DNA of 64,000 nt from Schizochytrium sp. TIO01. Taxonomy: Eukaryota; Protista; Bigyra: Labyrinthulomycetes. The notes below the pieces were generated by a model that saw only the letters and a list, made by a program, of their open reading frames with translations, had not been told where the DNA came from and did no database searches. The first letter of the stretch is position 1, and each line of letters starts with the position of its first letter. The stretch spans positions 3,720,001 through 3,784,000 of the forward strand of contig SMSO01000034.1 in NCBI GenBank assembly GCA_004764695.1, in the 5' to 3' direction. The position numbers were made by a program, and so were the translations under genes. Positions 34,669 to 43,435 of this stretch are shown piece by piece.

Positions 34669-35541
34669 GCCTTTCCAGCTTAATCTCTCATCCTTAATTT
34701 CCTTGTGATTAATTTTTTGCACGTGCATCATCACTCGAGTGCTGTGCTCTACCAGTGCATGCTGCCGATCAATATATGCGACTAGCACTGGAGATGAAAA
34801 TGGCACGCAAGGTGATCACAAAGGAATCCCCAAACACAAGTTAACAGACCTGGGAGGAGCCTCAAACATATGCACATGAAAATTATGGCTCTTTCATTTC
34901 CTATGAATGACATGCGCAAAGAAATGGATGGCTACCAACGTTCATCCCAAGTCTTCTTTTCATGTCTTTGATACAGCCGTATTCTATATATTACAAGGGA
35001 TCTATCCACCTCACATTCTCAGAACCACGTAAACGTGTTCTAGCCCCTCGCCAGACCTGATGAGTCCTTATCAACTCTGACAAACTCCCTACGGCGCTTC
35101 TCTCTCGTTTGTATAGCCCGAGTAGCATTCACTCACACATTCGTCACATACCTACAACCAACCCAAACAAGCGATCGCTATGCCTTTAGCCACCATACAC
35201 TCTCACTCAAACACGTCAACATGATTCTCCTCCTTTAAACCACACCATGCACATGAGAGCGTACCGTGAGCTTACTCGTATACAAGTTAAAGAAAAAATA
35301 CACATACCTACTTTTACATTTCTTTTCGAAACCCATTCTCATTTCGCAAGTATTTAATTGAAACTACAAATATAGTTGCGGGTATGCACTAGCATTTCTA
35401 TGAACATATTCGATATGTCTCAAAATCCAAGAATCTTCAGAGCAAATTCAACTGTGAACATTTCCAATATATGGTACAAAAGGGCACTTGAGGGTCACCG
35501 CAGAAGGAGTTGGCATTTTCTTCCAGTATTGAGGCCAAAAT

Positions 35542-37833
35542 CTAAGGTTCAGAATGGGAATCTGATGCGAAACTTTCGGAAGCTGAGAATGATTCCAGTT
35601 GTTGCATCCTAGCCTTGAGAGATGTTTCGATTGCTCGAGCATTCAGCCGGAAAAATTCAAGTGTGTCAGATTCTGTTGTACGCGTTTCTAATGCAGATGC
35701 TACACTTTGACATTCGCGCAGAATTCCAATCAAATCGCAGTGCCGAAACAGGTTTCGGACAAAGTCCACCCCAGACTCTGTCCTTGTTGACCTCTGTAAG
35801 AGAACAGAGACGATTGATGCAGCTTCACATGCACAATCAGCGAAAGCATGATCAGTCTCGTATGTCTCAAGTTTTTGTAAGGTAATTAAAACAGCATCAC
35901 AAGCATCGACGAAATTTACAGCATGCGTCAATCTATGAAGAAGCTTTGCCTGATAAGTACCTTTTTGTGAGACTGCAAGGAGGAAACGCACCGATTCACG
36001 CACACAAGGTCGCCAGGCTGCATGCCCAGTAAAATAAAGTACACGAAGTGGAGCTTCGAGAGCTACAGGATATTGCAGCAGTAGTTCACAAGTCTCTGGA
36101 AATGTTGCCGCATGGCTGAGTATACGCAAAGGTACCAGAAGAGCCGAAGGCTCAAGAGGCTTTTTCAGCATATGCATACTGAGCACAACCACAGATGTAA
36201 GGACCTCAGGCTCTCCATCTGCAGGGCGATCGTAATCTTCCAAGGGGGGCAGCGAGATTGCTTTAAGAAACCTTGTCGCAAAGCGATGCAGTATCCCGGC
36301 GCGGGTTTTGTCTGCCTCAACATCACGCTGACTTTCATTAACTTTGCTATTTTCTGCGGAGGAAACACGTTGGAGACAGAACATGGCTAAAGAAAGCATT
36401 CTTGTGCGGCGAGCTTGTGCTGACGAGAATTCCCGTTTAATTGTATTAGCTCCTGCGCCACCATGTCGAACATTTGCTTGGAGAGGTTTGTGATTTTTGT
36501 TTGAGGACGTCTCAGATTGCGTTTCTGCAATAAGTAAATGCAGTGCATGCGATAGCCCAGGAAGAAGCTTGTGAGCAAAGAGATCTTCGGCAGGTTCTGT
36601 GACTTTGAATGATGAAGCTGAGCTGTTGGACGTCATCGGGGCAGCGAGAAGAACCTCTGCAAGCCCATCGATGAGAAGCATAAGCATATGACGATCTTGG
36701 GCAAACTCTTGTGAAGATTTAGCACGAGCTTGTTCAGTCTCACTAGCCCGTCTAGCTTCAGCTGAGGCAGCTTCTTCTTCACGGCGAGATTGCGTCTTTT
36801 GGCGTCGCCAAGACTCGACGCGGAATTTTTTCTTAGCATTTTCAAGCTCTGCACGAAGACGGTCCAGCTCATTAGACTGCCGAGCCAAGTCAAGCTCAAG
36901 GTCTCCTGTTCTTGTCTCGAGACGGTGATTCTTCTCTGACAACATTTTGATCCGGTCTTCTGCATTGGAAAGTTGTTTTGCGCGCTGCCGTGCGAGCTTC
37001 TGAGCACTTTGAAGTTTGTGTGTAATTGTTTCTCGCTGGCTGTGAAGTTTATCTTTTGCTGATGCAAGTTCCTCTTGAACGGAGTCACGTAGTCGTTGTT
37101 GGACGAGTTCAGCATCCTGACGCATCATCCTCTCTTCTTCTTTAAGTCTTTGATCCATGGCAGCTTCGCGTTGTGCCAGAATCGCTCTGCGGTCATCAAG
37201 TTCTTGATGCGCCTGTTCAAGAAAGAGCTTCTCTTTTGCAATTTCATTCTCTCTTTCTGCCAGCATGCGGGCCTTGATCTGAAGGCCCTCACTAAGGCAA
37301 ACGAGTTCATCGTGAGCCTGACTTAAACTGTTGAAGGAAGTCCCATGAGTAGCATGAAATGTAGTATTCACATCATCGTTGTGCTCGTGATCATCATCAT
37401 CATCAAGTTTACTCTGATCTGCATAAAAATCTTCAACCATGACTGAGCGCGCCCCATAGTGTCTACGGTGGATCTCAAAGCTTTCATGTTCATCCTCTGT
37501 CATTAATGTTGTTGTTTGAATTTTATCAGCGTCATGATGGTGATCGACAGATACGCCAAAGTTTGGATCCCGGCGATCATGGACCTGCTCAAAGGAAAAA
37601 TCTAATTGGTCTGTTGTTAGCTCTGATGCCGATAGAGTACTAGATGGGCCCAACGCAAGAGTGTCTGCTTCGGTATATTGGAACCCACTCGCAGTTGACG
37701 CTGCGAGGTAGTCTTCAAGGTCTGAAGATGCTGTGGACGGTGAATGCTTCGGCCTCGATGCGTTCACAGCGACCACTTTCTGTACTGCAACGTGTTCGCT
37801 GTGCAGAGGAACTGTCGGCTGAGAGTCGTCCAT
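35542..37833 (-). CDS. Coiled-coil protein with helical C-terminal domain, possibly CCDC138-like
   Basis: 763-aa ORF: acidic disordered N-terminus, ~200-aa coiled coil, then an ARM-like C-terminus ending SVLLQRSTR...FFRLNARAI, loosely like CCDC138 (SIILQKLSK...FLCINLNSTL). The gene is very likely real; the family call is tentative. Confidence 0.6.
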   Translation of the reverse strand: MDDSQPTVPLHSEHVAVQKVVAVNASRPKHSPSTASSDLEDYLAASTASGFQYTEADTLALGPSSTLSASELTTDQLDFSFEQVHDRRDPNFGVSVDHHHDADKIQTTTLMTEDEHESFEIHRRHYGARSVMVEDFYADQSKLDDDDDHEHNDDVNTTFHATHGTSFNSLSQAHDELVCLSEGLQIKARMLAERENEIAKEKLFLEQAHQELDDRRAILAQREAAMDQRLKEEERMMRQDAELVQQRLRDSVQEELASAKDKLHSQRETITHKLQSAQKLARQRAKQLSNAEDRIKMLSEKNHRLETRTGDLELDLARQSNELDRLRAELENAKKKFRVESWRRQKTQSRREEEAASAEARRASETEQARAKSSQEFAQDRHMLMLLIDGLAEVLLAAPMTSNSSASSFKVTEPAEDLFAHKLLPGLSHALHLLIAETQSETSSNKNHKPLQANVRHGGAGANTIKREFSSAQARRTRMLSLAMFCLQRVSSAENSKVNESQRDVEADKTRAGILHRFATRFLKAISLPPLEDYDRPADGEPEVLTSVVVLSMHMLKKPLEPSALLVPLRILSHAATFPETCELLLQYPVALEAPLRVLYFTGHAAWRPCVRESVRFLLAVSQKGTYQAKLLHRLTHAVNFVDACDAVLITLQKLETYETDHAFADCACEAASIVSVLLQRSTRTESGVDFVRNLFRHCDLIGILRECQSVASALETRTTESDTLEFFRLNARAIETSLKARMQQLESFSASESFASDSHSEP

Positions 37834-38249
37834 TATCTCTAAGCACTGGTGTGTACAGCCGGGGAATCAAGCAACCACCTCGAGAGCAGCTCGCCCAAGC
37901 GTTGCGACGCAATTCTGCTGTTTTGTCGCAGCCGTTTTCATACGGGGTTAGCTTTTGCGCAACGCATTTCGTTTTTTTCCTTCTAAGCCTAGTACCGTTC
38001 CCTGAAGTACTAGTACCACCACCTCAGCTTTATTCTAGCCATTCTAGGTCTCAACACTTGCGATTCTGATGATCTTGAGGCAGAAGATGAAGACTGCGAC
38101 GAAGAAGATGACGAGTGAAGCCAGTTTTTTTCTTTCTAGTTCATTCTTTTATAACCTTCAACACGTTTTCAAGTCTTTTTTAACTTCATTCACAAACAAG
38201 AAAGCCAAAACAGAATCCCCTTTTGTTTCTTTTCTTATAATAGTCCTAA

Positions 38250-39198
38250 ATGCAGGCTACCAAGGTACTTGTCGCATGTGCGGACTGGCTTACGCTACCA
38301 AGCAGGACCGCACAGATTTTCGTAGTACCTTGAAGTTCATGGTGAAAAGGTGAAAATGGGAACGACTGGAATTTTGTTAACAAGTCGGAGGTTTGCAAAA
38401 CCTTTATCGGCGAAAGTTGCGGCAGTGTCGAGATTGAAAACTCCATAGTAGTACAAGTGTTCGGGTCCCCCACCGGAGAAACTTTAGCAACAATTTCCCC
38501 GGGAGGCAACTTGAACGCGACAAAGTTTCCTATGCATACTGAGAAGTTGCTCGATAAGGACTCCGTTGAGTTCCTTCTCGCCATCAATGAGTGAATGAAT
38601 GATATTGTGGTGAAGGTTTCTACTGGTCAGTACGTGCAATCCGGAGAGCAGGAGCAACAGAACCGAGGTACCAGACCTGGCAGGAAGAACTAGAGTACCA
38701 GGAGCGCATGGAGGAGCTCAAACTAAAGAAAGCTTGCCGAGATGCCGAAGAAGTCCGCCCGGTTGAGGCAGACCCAGGCAGAGAATTCCTTCGAAATGAT
38801 GGCCGCTTACGGAGGCGACGAGTCTGACCGTGACAAGATCCACTGCATGGATTACCAGTGCAATATCGTCGTTTTCTCCATTGGTGATTCCTTGCTTGCT
38901 TCAGGATATCAGAGAAGGTCGCTCACAAATGCAGAGTGGCCGCGCAAAGCAAACCATTATGGATGCACAGAGAGATTACCATCTCTCTGAAGTTGCTTTG
39001 CGATTGCTGGGCCGCCCTGCACGCGACAAGGAACCTCCCAAGTTTGGAATGAAACTCTATTTTGCCAAGTACGGCACCACGCCTCCCAAGCGCAGCCAGT
39101 TCGTGGATGGCGCGCCTTGCCAAGTCAATTCTTATATTGCCAAGGACCTTGACCTTCTTGAGCAAGGCATTCATGCATTCATTCATTCATCAGTGTAT
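38250..39198 (+). pseudogene. Decayed KilA-N-domain gene of large-DNA-virus type
   Basis: Frames joined by hand give MQATKVLVACADWL/YATKQDRTDFRSTLK/GENGNDWNFVNKSE...TISPGGNLNATKF..TEKLL..SVEFLLAINE*..DIVVKVSTGQY/WQEELEYQERMEELKLKK/...DRDKIHCMDY.NI/...LSEVALRLLG...KFGMKLYFAKYGTTPPKRSQFVDGAPCQVNSY..KDLDLLEQGI. G-x-LNATK...EFL...IVVK matches KilA-N. There is an internal TGA (38592) and several frameshifts. Confidence 0.65.
39096..39198 (+). repeat. Direct repeat copy 1 (87-bp unit + 16-bp CATT microsatellite insertion)
   Basis: CCAGTTCGTGGAYGGCGCGCC...AAGGACCTTGACCTTCTTGARCAAGGCATTCAT...CAGTGTAT recurs at 40996-41082 with 6 mismatches, all transitions. Confidence 0.95.
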
Positions 39199-39493
39199 CC
39201 AATAAAGCTCTGCGAGTAAAGAAATCGATGAAAGTTTCTAGATTGTTAACACTCATATAAAACGAAAATGTAGTACCTCTAGATCTTCCTGCACTCAAAA
39301 TTGAATTGGAGGAGAGTGATGAGTCAGTCATCCATGCGTCATCAAAACCCTCTTTCCACCTTTGGTTTTTCATAGGTACCCTTTTATTTTGGTTTTCACC
39401 ACTCAAAAGAAGACGGTCACCGCTGACTAAGGAAGTTTCGGATTCTTTTATAGAGACAAAAGTGAGAGTGTGAAAGAAGAGGAGGGAGAGAAA

Positions 39494-40923
39494 ATGAGAA
39501 AGGACAAAAGCCGCCAAAGCCGCAACAGTGCGACGACAAACGGGGGCGCGACAGGAGCCAAAGCGCCAGGCAGTCGCGGGAGTGCGTCGTTCCGGAAGGT
39601 CGGTATTGGGCGTTTAGATCCCGTCCCTGAGAATAACGCGATGGAGATTCAAGCAGACCTGGACGATGCGGAGAGCAGGCGCCGCACAGTTCTACAAGTA
39701 TTTGATGATACGTTCGATCAGCTCCAAAGAGAAAAGGAGAAGATCAAGCAACTTGAAGAGGCGGCTGATGAGGGCAACGAACAGGAGATCTTTGACAAGC
39801 TATTTGGTTTGAAGAAAAAAAACTGAAGAACGTTGAAAATTACTACGATAAACTAATTGAGCACCAAGCGGCTCTCAGACGTGCAGTAGAACTTCACATC
39901 GGATTAACGAAGGCGGCCACTCAGGAGGTCCAAGACCATAGGGTGTCACTCAAACTGATCACACACGGTGATAAGCGGTATTTTGAGGTCAATGGTTAGA
40001 TCGAAAGATCGAAGTATAGTACTGGCGTTCGTCAGAGCGTCTACTATGCAGCAGCTGACACGGGTGGAACGTACCTCACCTCGGTCGATGAAGAACCTCA
40101 CGATGCTCATCGAAATGCTATATACTATGATGGAAACAACCTCAACTTTAAGCTTTTCTTTTGTGACGAAAAGGCGGCCAGACAATTTGCAGTCTTGATT
40201 TCCAATGGCCGGAGTCAGCAAGTGAACGCGGAGGTGTCTAATTTGGAGGAAACGGTATTCCCTCAAGACCTCCGTAACATTCTTACGACGATTATGATAC
40301 TACGCATGAACCAGACTCGCCTGGTATCTCCCACGCATCTTCAATCTCTAGCAAGACTTTGGCCGACTTGTCGAGTAACCTGGCCAGATTTCAATGCATT
40401 GAACGTTCTGATTTAGTGGCGCGTGGCAGAATACAAGTCTGTCACCTTGTGGATAAGAACGAAGTTAAAATCATTGAAGGTTTCTCTGATGATGACAATA
40501 ATAAGTTATGTTTTACCCCGACTCTTCACGCTAACCTCGATGGGAATTGGAAGAGGGACGGATATACCCCCCCCCCCCCCCCCTGACATACTGATCGAGC
40601 CCGTTTTAGGGACGCGAGAGGGCCTCGTTGTTACCGCTCCGGGGGTTATTGAAAACCCTGGATTCACCGATGACCAACTAGAGGAGCGTGCTTTGGTCTG
40701 GCTCAAAGTGAGCTTTCCTTTCAAAGAAGACTTCATTCTTTTTGGGAATCTACTCAAATTTGGTAGCATCGTTGATCCCGAGGAGGACCTACAGTCGTGG
40801 TGTTGGGTTATCTACACTTTTGTCCACGTTCTTGACAAAGATCAGTTTATGAAGAATGTTGATTGGAAAGCAGAACGCACGAGGGAGACATGGGAGGAAA
40901 GGGGATTTGATCAAATAAATTAA
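39494..40923 (+). pseudogene. Crinkler (CRN/CR)-type effector with HNH-like nuclease domain, disrupted
   Basis: The joined ORF has a coiled-coil header, then YFEVNG*IE...GVRQSVY..A...AIYYDGNNLNFKLFF.DEKAA.QF / DYD...DSP...SSISS...FQCIE...VCHLV...DDDNNKLCFTPTLHANLDG / ...LKFGS...TFVHVLDKDQF..NVDWKAE.T..W. This tracks the oomycete CRN C-terminal domain as recalled (GVRCRxY, AIWY, DYDP, YQRIE, ESCHL, NNRLALSRxxHxxxDG, LKEGS, TFVHVxD.xxF...WK). Lesions: A8 frameshift (39815-22), TAG (39997), frameshift near 40290, C17 run (40567-83). Confidence 0.78.
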
Positions 40924-40995
40924 CCGTCTGAACTTTAAAAAATGAAAATAAATTATCATTAAGGCAGAATGTCTCCGGACCGTTTATATTCTCAA

Positions 40996-41082
40996 CCAGT
41001 TCGTGGACGGCGCGCCTCGCCAAGTCAATTCTTATACTACTAAGGACCTTGACCTTCTTGAACAAGGCATTCATCAGTGTAT
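40996..41082 (+). repeat. Direct repeat copy 2; encodes QFVDGAPRQVNSYTTKDLDLLEQGIHQC, followed by I-stop
   Basis: Starts exactly 1900 bp after copy 1 and retains the likely original stop codon of the KilA-N gene. Confidence 0.95.
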
Positions 41083-42231
41083 ATAATTAACAAAACAAAA
41101 TCATATTTTTTCTCTGTAGAGTTATTTTTTTATTATCAATTTCCCGTTTCCGCTATTGAAAACACTGTACTAAGGCCTTTAAAGAAATACAACTTCTAAA
41201 CTGCCCGATTTTTGTTTTCAATCGACCCAAAACTACACCTTATTCAATACAGAGCGACTCTATGGTAGATAGTGAGTTTTTGCCACCTTGTGTTAAGAGC
41301 AACTGAGCGCAAGTAGAGCGGAGTCTCGCAAATGACTTCATTGTTTACTTTGCAAGGCTCTAAGTGATTGCAAGTCGCAGCTGCCTGAAAAACGATTTCC
41401 TTTTCTTTAAGAAAAATGACCAGCGCACAAACGAATGTAAGCATGGAGACTCCAAGGGTCAGTACTCTGCATGGGGCACTGTTCGCAAGGAGAAGAGATC
41501 ACTTTTCATTTTCCTTCTTCGTTTTTGTGTTAATTATGTCTCCCTTGTTTTCCGGTTTCTGTTATTACATTAATTATATTAAAACGAAACTTTGTGTATT
41601 TATTTATTCTGAAATGGTTATTGTGAATCGATTGTTGGGTCGGGGTGAACAGCACCGATCTCGTATGCTTTGTGTAGTTGTCGAGCCTTCCTGAGTAGAA
41701 TTATTGCAGAGATTAAGAGCATGGGCAGAGACAGAGGCATATAATTGACGCTACTTTCTTTGAATTTACTGTTGTACTGCCTGTACTTGTCCATCCAAAG
41801 TTCTGAGACCCGCTCTATAGTATTAAAAGGTAAGAAAAGAAGAAACAGTGCTTTTTGTTGCAACATGGACTCAGCACATGGACTCGAAAGATATAAAGTG
41901 ATTTCGTAGAACTTGTCTGTGATAGTTGAAAAGGTGATGATCTCTATTGACACGATTGCAGAAAATTAATTCAAAGGTTTTCTGTTTGATACAAAAGGTG
42001 AGTTCACTTATGTTTCAACTATGTGTAACAAATAACATGACATCTTTGCAATTCATGTGCATATGACAAGCGCGCAGATTCAGATTACAAATTAAGATTA
42101 CGCAGTAGTTGCAAAAAAATGTTTTCTAAATGTGTTGTTAGATATACAGCAAAAGCCTAGGCGACATGGGAACGTGACGATGGCATGATAACGTGAGCCT
42201 AAGAAAGGAGGCAAGCAGTATTTCCAAGATT

Positions 42232-42588
42232 TTAAGGCACAGCGCGAGACAGGTTTGCGTCCTGGGTCTTCTCGCGCTCGATCTGCTCCTTGATCAAATC
42301 TGTTTGCGCATATGACCCAGCCACATAAGATTTCGGAATACCACCACGTTCACGCACAGCGTCCGGGATTTTGTACTCCTTGGTACCGTCCGGGTGCTCA
42401 ATAACCTCCCACTTTTGATTCGCTTTGCTAGTGGCCCAGTCCATAATAAAGTAGCCGCTAATGAGTGGGATGCTCACGTAGAAAGCAGTCATCGCTAGCT
42501 GGCCTTTGCGTCCAAGCGGGATGCGAGTCGAGTGAATTTTGGCCTTGAGTGCCTGGTGCTTTCGGTAAAGATCGCGAAGGAACTCCAT
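42232..42588 (-). CDS. Small (118 aa) single-TM protein of unknown function
   Basis: ATG in an ACACCATGG context. Basic N-terminus (KIHSTRIPL), one hydrophobic helix (LAMTAFYVSIPLISGYFIMDWA), coding-like codon usage, divergent from the GT41 gene. Confidence 0.75.
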   Translation of the reverse strand: MEFLRDLYRKHQALKAKIHSTRIPLGRKGQLAMTAFYVSIPLISGYFIMDWATSKANQKWEVIEHPDGTKEYKIPDAVRERGGIPKSYVAGSYAQTDLIKEQIEREKTQDANLSRAVP

Positions 42589-43435
42589 GGTGTCTAACTT
42601 ATTTGATCTCGTTAATCTCAAACTTGCAAGAATGCAGGGTAAGACCTTGTTTTAGAGAAGCGGCGGCTCTGATCTTGTCTCGCGAATAAAATATATGAAA
42701 GCAGTGGTGCTCAGTACACTCGCACAGGAGCAACAAAGCGAGCGCTCAACGCTCCCGACCGCACGTCTACCCAGCAAAGCTTACAGCCCTCTTGCGAGGC
42801 TACAAGACCCTTGCGACCCAATTCACAAGCGAGTCAAAGTCCTGCGAAGTTGCACTAGTAGAGTTTTGCAGGAGCTCTTGAATAATCAATCAGCAGCAGC
42901 AGTAGAGCCTTGTTTATCTCTTGATCCATCCATGGCTTTTTCAAAAGTAGTCTATTTTAATTAAAAGGCTTATTGAGGTGGGAATGCGGGGAATGGGGAA
43001 TGAGGGGAACCGACTGAACGTTGGGTCAATTGGGGCAAATGACACACGATTCTGTTTAAGTCGATCAAGTCCCATTATGAAAACGCAGAACCTGAATCGT
43101 AAGCCTGTTGGTGAGTTTTATTCGCCAACGGTTGAGACCAAAGGTGCTTTGACAACCTCGAAGCTTGCTTGCGCCAAGTTGACGAAGTTCAAGCGCTGGG
43201 CCAGTTTCGCTTTTGCGCGAGCTGCCTCAGTCACCATAAACTGGGATCGAAGATTGAACGACCGTTGAAAGCAAAGTCATCGCACGAAAGTCAACTGCAA
43301 AGGAAACGAAAGTCACGGCGCTCAAGTCTGGCCTACGGATAGACAAAAGTGGGGTTCAGGCATATTTGCTATCCAATTCAGGAGTTTGCAGTCAATCAAC
43401 TTATCAGGCGAAGTCAAATGTCACAAGTTTGCAAC

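Noticed and set aside
41618-41953. 111-aa minus-strand ORF next to the KilA-N/CRN island
   Set aside because: GTG start and no recognisable motif; I cannot tell whether it belongs to the island.
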